A stretch of DNA of 64,000 nucleotides from Octopus vulgaris (Eukaryota), in assembly GCA_951406725.2 (NCBI GenBank), contig OX597842.1:34348001-34412000 (forward strand), given 5' to 3'. This document shows, piece by piece, positions 12,588 through 26,846 of the stretch. The position numbers and the translations under genes are program-made. Position 1 is the stretch's first letter, and every line of letters starts with the position of its first letter. The notes under the pieces are model-generated. The model searched no databases, was not told the origin of the DNA, and was given only the letters and a program-made list of their open reading frames with translations.

Positions 12588-13055
12588 CAAGCATGCATAC
12601 ACCTGAAGAACACGTATACATCCTTACGTGCAAACATACATACCTAAGACAAACGCACACACACACACAAACACACTCACATACACACACACACACACAC
12701 ACACATGCACACGCTTACGTGTACACACACACATAGATACGACGGAATACACGCGATAGGTGTGATCCGGAAAATTCGAAGCAGGGAAGCGTAAGATCGA
12801 AGTCTTTCCGAGGCCCGCGGCCCCTAAAATAGCGAAGTGTGATGGGAACAATACAGAAATATTTACAAGGGACACACACACGGTTCCCTAAATAATGAGA
12901 CGAGGAATTTTAAGTCTAAGATTTGGATTCGCTCTTGAATTTGAGGAATTTTAGTAAATCGGCTGAAGGCATCGGGAGATCTGCAGTTTAATTAAAATAT
13001 ATACACTTGCTTATGTATGTCGTACACATGTGTATATAGCGTGTGTTTATGTATG

Positions 13056-13126
<71 letters not shown>

Positions 13127-13479
13127 TTATGTATATATTTATATAGATGTAGATATAGATAGATAGAGATTATTATTAAATTACGTATATACATATATAT
13201 ATATATGCATGTGTATGTGTGTATATAAATATATATATAGTATGCAAATGTGCAAGCCTTCTGCATGTACGCATACATCGATATATGGGGATATATTTGT
13301 GTGGTGTGTGTGCTTCTGTGTCTGTGTGTGTAGAGATGTATTTGTTTTATGTATGTATATATATACATATATATATATATATATGTACACATGTACATAT
13401 ATATATGTGTATATACTATTTATGTATACTTATATACATATGCACATAAAAGCATATATATATATACATATATATATAC

Positions 13480-13543
<64 letters not shown>

Positions 13544-13835
13544 ACACACACATATGTATGATTAAAACTATTGAGTCGAATATAAGCATATATATATATA
13601 TATATATATATATACGCATGTAGATATATATGTATGTATAGACTCATGCACACACACACAAATATATATATATAGACATACATACATCTATATACACACA
13701 ACCAACCATACACATACACATACATAGTTACTTATCACGATGATGTAGCGTAAACATACATACGTACATATACATATATATATAAGCGCACACATATATA
13801 TACATATCTATATACAAATATATAGATATGCACAT

Positions 13836-13901
<66 letters not shown>

Positions 13902-13902
13902 G

Positions 13903-13948
<46 letters not shown>

Positions 13949-14756
13949 ATATGTGTATGTATGTATTTACATGCTAGAGGTGATGATGATGAAAATGATG
14001 ACGATGAGAAATATGAGAAATAACAGTGCAATGGGCGGTTGTGATGTTGGGTGGGGGTGGGGCACGTGCACCAGCATCATCATCATCATCATCATCATCA
14101 CTAACATCATCATTAACACCATCATCATCATCCCCATCGCCAGCATCATCATCACCATCATCGTCATCGCCATCATCATCATCATCATCGTCATCACCAT
14201 CATCATCATCGCCATCATCATCATCACTATCATCATCATAGCCACCATCATCACCACCACCACCACCACTATCATCATCATCATCATCATCATCATTATT
14301 GCCATCATGATCAGCATGACCATCACCATCATCATCATCATCACCATGACAACAACAGCAACTACAACGACAACAAGAAGGAAAAAAACGAGTTTCAAAG
14401 ACAATAGCTGCAAGTGTTGTTGGCGGTGGTGGTCGTCGTGGGTGGGGCGGCGAGGGATCGTGGGACGGAGGACGCGGGGCGGGGAACGGGGTGTTTAAGG
14501 GGGGAAGCTGGGTTTCAGATGTTGGTGGGTTGGTGGGTGAGTGGTGGGGGCGAGATGGGGTATGGGGGGTTTGTAGAGGGGCGGTTAAAGGTGAGAGAGG
14601 TGAGAATGTGAAGTGGGGGGAGAGGCGAGGGTGGATTGGGGGAGGTGAGAGGTTGAGGAGAAGATAGGACGGGTGGAGAGAGAGCGGGGTGGGAGAGGAG
14701 GATTATGGGATTATGAATTGTTACCTACACAGCGTGTTAGGGGTTTATATATGTAG

Positions 14757-14831
<75 letters not shown>

Positions 14832-14956
14832 GATAAATAGACAGACACACAGGCAGACTGAAAGACAGATAGGTAGATAGATCTCTCTCTCCCTCACTTT
14901 CTCTCTCTGTGTCTCACCCTCTCTCTCTCTCTTCGCTCTTACTGTATGTTTGTGTA

Positions 14957-14989
<33 letters not shown>

Positions 14990-15033
14990 TTACAAACATA
15001 CTTAAATATACGCTATCACATGTATATTTGAAA

Positions 15034-15068
<35 letters not shown>

Positions 15069-15133
15069 TATATATATATAAATATATGCATATACATATA
15101 TACATATACATATATACATATACATATACACAG

Positions 15134-15164
<31 letters not shown>

Positions 15165-15390
15165 CTTCTATGTGCGGTTTTGTATACACAAGTACTATAT
15201 GTGTATATGTACATATATATACATATATATCTGTATGTATTTATAAATGAACTCACACACAAACATATATATATACATATCTATATTATATATATATGCA
15301 TATATATATATAGATATAGATATATACATATATATATATATGTATGTATATATGTGTATATATATATGTATGCATATATGTATATATATA

Positions 15391-15439
<49 letters not shown>

Positions 15440-15514
15440 ATATGGATAGAATTATTATTGATGATGTATGGACTATAAATGGAAAAATATGTAAAATTTT
15501 CTGTTTTTCTACTC

Positions 15515-15812
15515 TTTTATTCTTTTAAACTTGTTTCAGTCATTTGATAGCGGCCATACTGGAGCACCACCTTTAGTCGAACAAATAGACCACCACCACA
15601 ACCACCCAGAACCTTTGGCCATACCGGGTCACTGCCTCGAGGAATTTTTACTTGAATGAATAGACCCCCACTCCTCCATACACACACACACACACACACT
15701 TATTCTATGGATGTGTCTATTGCCCGACTGCTAGGTTACAGGGACATAAACACACCAACACCGGTGATCCAGTGGTCTTTATGGACAAGCACAGACACAA
15801 ATACACACACAC
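15515..15812 (-). mobile_element. SINE family B, 3' half, rearranged
   Basis: Reverse complement of the family B tail (TGTTTCAGTCATTTGA...GCGGCCATACTGGAGCACCACC) and mid-body (AAACACACCAACACCGG). Confidence 0.7.
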
Positions 15813-16044
15813 CTATATGTGTGTGTGTATATATATATACATATATATATATCCACACCTGTGTGTATGTGTGTGTGTATGTGTATATATATATATATAT
15901 ACATACATACATACATACATACATACATACATACATACATACATACATACAAAAGTACATACATACATACATATAACCGAAATTGCGAAGATAATCTGGT
16001 ACTTGACTGAGGAAAGAAAACTTCGAATGGCTTGTTCTTGTTTT

Positions 16045-16854
<810 letters not shown>

Positions 16855-16855
16855 T

Positions 16856-17072
16856 TCATGTGAAACCGTTAGTCCTTACACATTTTGATTTTTGTTTCTC
16901 CGTTTGTTTGTTTGTTTTTTGGGGTTTTTTTGTCCTCCCTCCATCTTTTGTGCTGAAGAGCTTAGGCTCGAAACGTCAAATACTCTTCCATTCTTCCCGA
17001 GCGTTAAACTAATACATCCGCTTATTCTTCCTTCACCTGTTTCTGTCTTTTGTTTTCTGCAAATTTAAACCC

Positions 17073-17074
<2 letters not shown>
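16856..17074 (+). mobile_element. Family H1-related element with hammerhead-like motif
   Basis: TTT-GTGCTGA-A-GAGC TTAG GCTC-GAAAC-GTC-AAA at 16947-16980, plus the ACTAATACA...CACCTG...TCTTTTG body; embedded in (GATA)n. Confidence 0.7.
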
Positions 17075-17150
<76 letters not shown>

Positions 17151-17151
17151 T

Positions 17152-17197
<46 letters not shown>

Positions 17198-17202
17198 TGA
17201 TT

Positions 17203-17272
<70 letters not shown>

Positions 17273-17277
17273 CATAC

Positions 17278-17361
<84 letters not shown>

Positions 17362-17595
17362 AGGTTTGGAGATGATGTACAGGTATTATATATTAGAAGA
17401 AATGAGGTACTCAGAAAATCGGATGGTTTTATATTTACAGATATTTATTTGTATATTACATTTTTATATATCATATAACTTAGATCATGTATTAGCGCTT
17501 TCTCCCATTCTAGTGGGGTTTTCAAATCAAACTAAGTTCCTGTGTGAGGATTTTTGACCATTTTATAGTGGTATTGAGTTTGTAGTGGTGGGGAG

Positions 17596-17640
<45 letters not shown>

Positions 17641-17907
17641 AATTTGAGGAAATATTATTCCAAACTTACAGGGAAAAATTCAATTTATAAATACTAAATC
17701 AAATTTCACAAAATATAATATATATATATATATATATACGTTAAACATATGTGCGAAGGTCGTTAACTATGTTTTCAGTCGATCAATCGATCAACTTGAT
17801 AGAATTGAACCAGGAATGCTCGCAAAGAGTATCTGAAACAGTAGTAAGACTATAATGAATAAATAAATATATTTATATAACTCATCATTTCTGTCTTTAT
17901 ATATGTA

Positions 17908-17980
<73 letters not shown>

Positions 17981-18239
17981 GATGGTCAATCAACGAACCA
18001 GATCTATCTGTTGTAGCGACTACCTGCATTCCTCGGCTTGGGGCTATACACCAACACCAACTAATACTACTACTACTTCTACTATGAACACTACATGAGC
18101 ACACTCCATACAAGCGCCAACCCCATAACGACAGGTATCGCTGTAGTACCATCGCTACCACCACCACCACCATCACCGCCGCCGCCATAAGAAGCACAGT
18201 AACATATCCGACGCCATCGCCGCCACCACCACATCGCTA

Positions 18240-18972
18240 TGACCACCATCATCATCATCATCATCATCATCATCAGACAACCCCAGTACCACCATCTTCA
18301 TCACTGCCGTCACTACGTCTGTCACAACCATCACCATCACCACCGCCACAACCATCATCATCATCATCATCAACACCACCATCATCACCGATATCACAAC
18401 AACCACCGCCACTACCACCACCACCGCCACCACCGACGCCACCACCGCCACCACCGACGCCACCACAACTACCACCACCACTATCACAACCGCCACCACC
18501 ACCAACACCACCAACACCACCACCATCAGCAGCACCACAACCACTACCACTGCCACTACCACTGCTACCACCATCACCACCACTGCCACCACCACCACTA
18601 CCACCACCACCATCACCATCACCACCACCGCCACCAGGAAGACCACCACCACCACCACCACCACCACTACCACCACCACCACCACCACCACCACCACCAG
18701 CACCACAACCACCACCACCATCACCACCATCATCACCTCCACTGCCACCACCATCACCACCACCATCACCACCACTGCCACCACTGCCACCACCACCACC
18801 ACCACCACCACCACCACCACCACCACCACCACCACCACCACCACCATCACCACCATCATCACCTCCACTGCCACCACCATCACCACCACCATCACCACCA
18901 CCACCACCATCATCACCACCACCACCACCACCATCACCACCACCACCACCACCACCATCATCACCACCATCG
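18240..18972. repeat. Compound (ACC/ATC/ACT)n microsatellite
   Basis: Directly visible. Confidence 0.95.
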
Positions 18973-19220
18973 CCGCCATTTCTATCGCAAAATACAAAAC
19001 ATTCATTTCGACAAATTTATCTTTCTGCCTGAATTATTTCGCAAAGAATTTCACTGTGTATATCTGTCTATGCGTCTGTCCGTGTGTCTATTTGTCTGCC
19101 TGTCTGTCTGTCAGTCTGTCCGACCGTCTCAATGTCTGTCTGTTCGTCGGCCGGTCTGTCTGTTTATATGTCTGCCGTTATGTTTTTTCTTTTTTTTTTA
19201 CAGAATCTCTAGATGTTTTA

Positions 19221-19266
<46 letters not shown>

Positions 19267-19283
19267 TATATATATATACATGT

Positions 19284-19325
<42 letters not shown>

Positions 19326-19349
19326 ACATGTATATATATATACATGTTT

Positions 19350-19380
<31 letters not shown>

Positions 19381-19561
19381 CACATGAATTTATAGATTGT
19401 ATGTATATATGGGCACACCACGCTAAGACTAATTATAGCGTACCCTGTGGAGTGTATATGTATATATATATTATAAGTGAGTGTGTATATACAAAAACAT
19501 ACACACCCGCTCACACACGTATATAGATAAAAACATATATATATATATATATACATGCATA

Positions 19562-19613
<52 letters not shown>

Positions 19614-19824
19614 ACATATATTTCTGTGTTTTATATGTATATGCCCAGGCTTACATATACATACATATATACACATTTATGTGCATGTATATATTTGTAG
19701 AACATTGACTTTCTTTTGAGTACATTGAGGTAGGTTTTTCCTTCGGAAGACAGTTTCGTGTGATCAATGTTATATTAAAATAACGCAGTGTTTGCCCGCT
19801 ACCGAGGTATTCAGTTTTTCTTCA

Positions 19825-19871
19825 CCGCCTGATGAGAGACACAGTTCTCGAAACAGTATCTTTTGTAGCGG
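19825..19871 (+). ncRNA. Type I hammerhead ribozyme motif, intact core
   Basis: Stem I CCGC (19825-28)/GCGG (19868-71); core CUGAUGA (19829-35); stem II GAGA-cacagu-UCUC; GAA; stem III ACAG-uaucuu-UUGU; cleavage triplet GUA (19865-67). Confidence 0.85.
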
Positions 19872-20204
19872 AAGAGTTAATAGAAGGTAAGATCAAAAAG
19901 TTTCATTTATATTAAATCTTTGCGTCTTTTCCTTCATAATTTAGATTTGTATCGTAACATCGAATATTTACTAATTTTGTGAATACTTTTTGTGCACATT
20001 TGGTTAAAAATACAGCGCTAAAACTAATTATAATATACCATGTAGAGTATATACGGATCTAATTACAGAATGAGTATATGTAGTGTATATATATATATAT
20101 ATATAAATGCCTACATGCGCACATACTATATATATATATATGTAAATACATACATATACATATACAAATAAATATACATAAATAGTTATTCACGCATACG
20201 CATG

Positions 20205-20245
<41 letters not shown>

Positions 20246-20815
20246 CACACACACATACATATACAAATATCACACACACAGTCAAGCACACATGCATATA
20301 TATATATGTATATACACATACATATATATATATATATATATACATATATAAGTATGTATGTGTGTATGTATGTATGTATATATGTATGCATGTGTATGTA
20401 TGTATGTATGCATGTAGGTAGGTAGGTCGGTAGGTAGGTAGGTAGGTAGGTAGGTAGGTATGTAGGTATGTCGGTAGGTATGTAGGTAGGTAGGTAGGTA
20501 GGTAGGTGTATGAAATCTATGATCCAATATCACCCGATATATTATTTGCGCAACAATATATTAGTATAGATATTGATGTTACTAACAAATACATACATAC
20601 ATACATACATAGATACATATATATATATATATGTATATATATACACACATAAATATACATATATGTTTGTGTAGATAGATATATATATATATATACATAT
20701 ATGTGTGTGTAGATATATATATATATATACTTATATATATATATGTATATATACGTCTTTTGTTTATTTCCGTAAACCTGCCTTCGTCTTTTGTCTATTT
20801 TCATAAAGCTTCCCG

Positions 20816-20852
<37 letters not shown>

Positions 20853-20855
<3 letters not shown>

Positions 20856-21335
20856 TGGGCGGCCTTTTCGTATCCAGCAGTCGTTGAAGCAACACGTATT
20901 TGTTCGTCTCCCGCGGCCATTAGGCACAACTTCATAAGCCAGCCCCAACTCAACTCGTCCTGTCGAAAGACCCTTGTCCTACGTCCTGGTTTTGTTTTGT
21001 TTTTTATCCTTACCGTTATTGTTTTTACGTTTTTGTATTCTTATTCGTGCTTTCCTTATTGTTTTCACGTATTTTTGTATCTTTATTTGTGTATATCGTT
21101 CGTTTTCCGTCCTTGTGTTGTATACATTCGAAGCTTTCTTCCAAGGGATCTAATGCGCTTGGCTTAGATTTCCCTTGGGGGCTGCCCAGGTCGGAGCAAT
21201 CTCAAGATTAATCAGCCGAAATTGCGAAGATAATCCGGTTCTTGACTGATGACTGAGGGCTTCGAATGTCTCGTCCTGTGGTTCTTGTGTCGTCTTCTAG
21301 GTGTTTCACGTTCTTGTCCCAGTTTGTATATATTT
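20853..21335 (+). mobile_element. Unclassified (TA)n-flanked interspersed element
   Basis: Unique block between (TA)n tracts; its 3' part (CCGAAATTGCGAAGATAATCCGGTTCTTGACTGA...CTTCGAATG) recurs at ~15975-16045 (+) and ~45550-45665 (-). Confidence 0.6.
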
Positions 21336-21347
21336 TTTACTTTTTAC

Positions 21348-21378
<31 letters not shown>

Positions 21379-21555
21379 TATATATACGTTTTTATATTTG
21401 TTTTGCAAGATTCTTGATGTGAAATCGTGTGTTGAAACAGATATTGTTATATTTCGGAATGGTCATGTTGCCAGTTTAGCCAATAAAAACACACGCACTA
21501 TAGATTTGGTGTTACTTTGCTTCAGTGTTATTTATATTTTACATATATATATATC

Positions 21556-21841
21556 ATCCAGAGGTAATGCCTTACGATCGTTTCATGCGACTCCATTTAA
21601 TTGAACAATGCAAATATTATATCAGTTTTAAAATGTAGAGCAATCTTCAGCTGCATAAAAATATAGAATTTAGTTAAATTCAAAGGAATCATTTGTATAG
21701 ATTATTCTATTAAGCAAAATCACAAAGAGGATAAGTAGATAGTAAAAGAACAAGTTTCATCAGCAATAAAACTGATATAATATTTGCATTGTTCAGTTAA
21801 ATGGAGTTGCATGAAACGATCGTACTGCATTACCTCTGGAT
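21556..21841. repeat. Inverted repeat with 75-bp arms
   Basis: 21556-21630 is the near-perfect reverse complement of 21767-21841. Confidence 0.9.
21567..21656 (-). ncRNA. Type I hammerhead motif with long stem II and palindromic stem III (stem I damaged)
   Basis: ATGCAG-CTGAAGA-TTGC...GCAT-GAAAC GATC GTA-AGGCAT; the inverted duplicate carries the fully complementary CTGCAT at 21825-21830. Confidence 0.65.
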
Positions 21842-21961
21842 ATCCTTGTTGCTTATTCTGATTGTAATCACCCCATTTTGAATTATATGGATAATACCAT
21901 ACTAAATTCTGGTGCCTTTAACTTAAGTACCATATTCAACTGAATCTAAATTTTACTGAAC

Positions 21962-22021
<60 letters not shown>

Positions 22022-22090
22022 GTAGGACTGAACTCGGAACCATGTAGTTGGGAAGCAAGCTACTTATCATACAGCCACTCCTGCGCCTGT
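22022..22090 (-). mobile_element. SINE family B head fragment
   Basis: Reverse complement of GGCGCAGGAGTGGCTGT.TG.TAAGTAGCTTGCTT...GGTTCCGAGTTCAGTCC. Confidence 0.75.
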
Positions 22091-22098
22091 ATACGGAC

Positions 22099-22595
22099 TT
22101 AACACAGGTCAAACCAGCTCAAATATGAGGCGCATGCACCGTTGCAGCGCGTCACTCCATCCATTGTTTGTTTGGTATTGAGCATCCGAGCTGTGTCCCT
22201 CTCAGTTCCCATCTTTGGGAGATACCTTCTCTCAAAGCCTGTTGTCGACCAACATGAACTGTCCATCCAGCCGAATTTTCTCGGAGAAGAGGACACGGTA
22301 CGCAGGCTCCAGCTCGGAAAAATCGAGCGATATGGCCAAATAGTCTGAGCTTGCGGCCCTGAGTCATGTAAGTAACCCAGATTTCGGCACACCGAGGGAT
22401 CATCGAGTGCAGGCAGAGGTTTGGGTGCTTATGTCGCCGTCTGCAAGGTGTTTGCCTTGGTGGACGAGGATGTGCTCAGAAAGAGTCTGGAGCTTGCGAG
22501 CTATATCTTGCCGACTGGTTAAGCTGGTAGATGAAGTGTATACTGGAACAGGGGTGCGCAGTTCGAATTGGGGACGCGTCTGACTTTGCGTTATA
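22099..22595. pseudogene. RTE-type LINE remnant with internal inversion
   Basis: Minus strand 22099-22345: GRKLRLFGHIAR...GW..HVGR (C-terminal region). Plus strand ~22425-22590: AYVAVCKVFALVDEDVLRKSLEL...LVKLVDEVYTGT..AVRIGDAS, a degenerate AYVDxxKAFDSV reverse-transcriptase motif. Confidence 0.7.
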
Positions 22596-22597
22596 TT

Positions 22598-23044
22598 CAA
22601 CAATAACAACAGCAGCAATAACAACAGCAGCAATAACAACAGCAGCAATAACAACAGCAGCAGAAAACAGAACACAGCAGCAGCAACAGCAGCAACAACA
22701 ACAGCAGCAATAACAACAACAGCAATAACAACAACAGCAGCAGCAACAGCAGCAACAACAAGAATAACAACAACAGCCGCAGCAATAGCAGCAGCAACAA
22801 CAGCAGCAGCAGAAAAAGAACAGCATCAACAACAGCAACAACAACAGCAGCAGCAACAACAGCAGCAGAAAACAGAACACAGCAGCAACAACAACAGCAA
22901 CAACAGCAGCAGAAAAAGAACAACAACAGCAGCAACAGCAGCAACAACAACAGCAGCAGAAAAAGGACAGCAGCAACAGCAGCAACAACAGCAGCAATAA
23001 CAACAACAGCAGCAGAAAACAGAACACAGTAACAGCAACAACAA

Positions 23045-23088
<44 letters not shown>

Positions 23089-23185
23089 ACAACAACAACA
23101 GCAGCAACAGCAACAACAACAACAACAACAGCAGCAGCAACAACAACAACAACAACAACAGCAGCAGCAGCAACTACAGCAACAC
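22598..23185. repeat. Compound (CAA/CAG)n microsatellite with recurring GAAAACAGAACA variants
   Basis: Directly visible. Confidence 0.95.
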
Positions 23186-23189
23186 CAAG

Positions 23190-23420
23190 GCGATAGCTCT
23201 TCATTTAATGTGACCCTCCACCGCAAATCACCGCCGCCCCCGCGTCACCGCGCCACGTCACGAGACCGGATCCCGGCAACACACTTAATGAAGCTGTTCC
23301 CGCTGAGATAAAATCCTCAGATAACGGTCGCCATTTTGTGTAACGTCGGTCGGTCGTGTCACGTGATGTGGCGCTGATCGTTATCGTCGAGGGCCCTCGC
23401 TGCGCCTTCTCTCCTCTTCT
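23190..23420. promoter_or_regulatory. CpG-rich promoter/enhancer-like island
   Basis: High CpG density; CCACGTCA (CRE/ATF-like, 23253-60), CGCCATTTTG (YY1 consensus, 23329-38), TCACGTGA (E-box, 23359-66), GC-box-like CCGCCCC. Confidence 0.5.
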
Positions 23421-23571
23421 GAGCTGTCTGTGTGCAATGTCTGTCTGTTTGTCTGTTTGTGTGTCTGTCTGTTTGTCGCTGAGAGTGTGAGGAGCGATTG
23501 TAGTTTCGCTGTTTCACCGTTGGGTTTTGAAAGAACGATAGAGTAGAGACAGAAAGAGAGAGAGAGAGAGC

Positions 23572-23613
<42 letters not shown>

Positions 23614-23740
23614 GATAATGGAGGGAGGGGAAGAGTGTGTGCTGGTTTAATAGGTGAGTCGCGGTGAGAGGTGTTTAACAAATGACAGACAGGTAGGTAG
23701 ATAGAGAGATAGAGAGAGAGAGAGAGGTGGAGATAGATAG

Positions 23741-23888
<148 letters not shown>

Positions 23889-23982
23889 GGAGAGAGAGAG
23901 AGACAGACAGACAGACAGATAGAGAGAGACAGAGACAGAGACAGAGACAGAGAGAGTGAGAGAGACAGAGGGACAGAGATAC

Positions 23983-24017
<35 letters not shown>

Positions 24018-24866
24018 TAGATAGATAGATAGATAGTCTGTTAGGAAGATAGATAGACAGACAGACAGATATATATATAGAGAGAGAGAAAGAGAAAGAG
24101 AAAGAGAGAGATACAGAGAGAGAGAACAACAAACAGATAAGCAGAGAGAAAAGTAGACAGTCAGATAGATATGCATAAATATAGATAGACAGATACACAC
24201 ATACAAACTCACACACACACGCGCGCGCGCGCGCAGACACACACACATATGTGCACATATACACCCACATGCGATCACATTAGTGCAACACAATGTCCAA
24301 CAAAATAAAAGCTATTGGATGCACGTTACAAGATTTTTACTCAAATTATATGTGTCTGTCACTCTCTCACCCTCACCCTTCAGCCTTTGCTCTCTCGTGG
24401 CTCCCATGTGACCATTGGCCATCTTTCTTTCTTTCCTCCTGATACAGTTGAACGAATCAGACGTATTCTTCGCTACCTCACTTCGTTTAGTCTTAATAGC
24501 TCTTCATGTTTGTTTTCACTGTCCTGTGTTTGTTTCCAATTCTGACTCTCCGCAAAAATCTCCAATTTTATTTAATTTGCTTTGCAGAAGCAACTGTTTT
24601 ATTGAAGGTGTATCTTGTCGTGAAATGCTCGAAATACGGATTAGAAAAACAACCGACAGCTGATAAATGGTCGTTCTTTATGTTGCATGTCTTGTTTTCC
24701 ATTTGTTTCCTTCGTTGTTCGCAAAAAAGCTTACATTCCATGTATTCGTATTTTGTATTCCATATTTTCGTACTGTTTTGTTGTTTACGTTGTGTGACGT
24801 CCTGTGCCCATACATGCATATGTATATACGTATATATGTAAGTATATGCATATACTTATGTATATA

Positions 24867-24906
<40 letters not shown>

Positions 24907-24923
24907 GAGCAGAGTAAATTAAT

Positions 24924-25016
24924 TTATTTTATAGAAGGAGCTTCAGGACTAGAACTGTTTCATTCAAATGATGATTTCATTTGAATGAAATTCAGTCCTG
25001 TAAACTCCTTCTATAA

Positions 25017-25021
<5 letters not shown>
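24924..25021. repeat. Imperfect ~98-bp palindrome between (TA)n tracts
   Basis: TTATTTTATAGAAGGAG/CTCCTTCTATAAAATAA outer arms, CAGGACT/AGTCCTG middle arms, TTTCATTCAAATGA/TCATTTGAATGAAA inner arms. Confidence 0.85.
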
Positions 25022-25064
<43 letters not shown>

Positions 25065-25069
<5 letters not shown>

Positions 25070-25205
25070 TTCAGCAAGATTTAGATTCAGATGAATATGG
25101 TACTTAAGTCAAAGGGACCGAATTTTGTATGGTATTATTCATATAAATCCACGAGGTGATTATAATCAAAATAAGCAACAACTATATCCACATTACCTCG
25201 GATAT
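25065..25205 (-). mobile_element. 3' segment of hammerhead element family H2
   Basis: Reverse-complement homologue of 21840-21965 and homologue of 49205-49350 (GAATATGGTAC.TAA...GGTGATTATAA...AAGCAACAA); flanked by (TA)n. Confidence 0.7.
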
Positions 25206-25211
25206 ACTTAT

Positions 25212-25268
<57 letters not shown>

Positions 25269-25524
25269 TAATATAAATAATATAATATAATATTAGGGAG
25301 TATAACTCCAAACTTACAGGGAAAAATTCAATTTAGTATTAAATCAAATTTCACAGTATAAATATATAAAATATAAATTAGAGATAAAACCACTATTATG
25401 CAACTCAAACAGTGATAGACATAAACCAAAACATAAATAACAAATAAAATATACTTTTATAAAACATAACTAGATCACAAAAAGTATAAAAATGAATAAT
25501 CAATATATAATATAAGTAAAAAAA

Positions 25525-25607
25525 AACTACGTACGTTTCATGGCTACAATTAAGTTTAAATTCAATTGAAATAAATTCGATTTAGAATTATAGTCAATCT
25601 TCAAGTT
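25525..25607 (-). ncRNA. Type I hammerhead motif (C3>U) with long stem II and palindromic stem III
   Basis: AAC-TTGAAGA-TTGACTATAATT...AATTGTAGCCAT-GAAAC GTAC GTA-GTT. The element terminus TCCAAACTTACAGGGAAAAATTCAATT (~25305) recurs at ~17660 and ~56690. Confidence 0.6.
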
Positions 25608-26085
25608 AATGATAATAGTTAAATAAATAAGCAAATTTGAGTTAAACAATATTTATTTTTAAAATAAATAAAATGATAATTTTTCTTATAGAAAAAATTT
25701 CATCAACTAAATCAGAAACTTAAAACATTAGGATTATTTCCTATAGCACATTTATTATACTCTTTTACTCTTTTACATGTTTCAGTCATTTGACTGCTGC
25801 CATGCTGGGGCACCGCCTTTATGTAGTATATTATGTTAAATATTTAATTTTTAAGGTAAAAAAATAGACAGAAATATGTATTTATCTTTGAAGATATAAT
25901 TTGGCTTTAAAAAACATAATAAACTATCAAATGTCTTTAACTCAGTTATACTCCAATATTTAATTACCAAATTATTTAACAAAATAATCACTATTAATAT
26001 TTTTAGATATAAGTTCACATCTAATAATTATAAAATAATGAATACATAAAAAGAAGTATCTAAATTATAATCAACAAATATAGTA

Positions 26086-26123
<38 letters not shown>

Positions 26124-26269
26124 CGGTTACTTAATACAGTTTTTGAAGTGTAAAGGGGATTTTTTTTAAATCCTTCTTTTCTTAAATTGTTATGTGCTCT
26201 GTTAAGAGGTTGTTACTAACCTTTTTGGGGAAGAAGTCTTTTCTAGTACGTGAGCACTTTTATCAAACC

Positions 26270-26348
<79 letters not shown>

Positions 26349-26654
26349 CGAAGGACAGAATATTATATACCGGTCAACTGTGTAGAAGTATTTTGTATAT
26401 ATGAGACGGTATGAGTTGATATATACACATATATATGTGTATGTGTGTATACATACATACAACATATATCTGTGTGTCTATGCCTGTACGAATCCATTGT
26501 TATATATATATATATATATACATATGTATATATATGGATATATATACATATATCCGTATATATATACAAATATGTATGTATATACGTATGTGCATATGAG
26601 CAAATATATTTATAGATATATTCAGTCAGAGAGAAAGAGAGATCCACACACACG

Positions 26655-26688
<34 letters not shown>

Positions 26689-26808
26689 CATTTATATACA
26701 TGAATAAATGCAATATGTATACATATATATATACATTGTTATGCATATATGTATGCATATACATATATATATGCATAAATGTCTACGTGCATTTATATAT
26801 ATATATGC

Positions 26809-26846
<38 letters not shown>

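Noticed and set aside
17485-17535. Minus-strand GAAAGCGCTA with a palindromic stem III-like segment
   Set aside because: No recognisable CUGANGA core or stem I.
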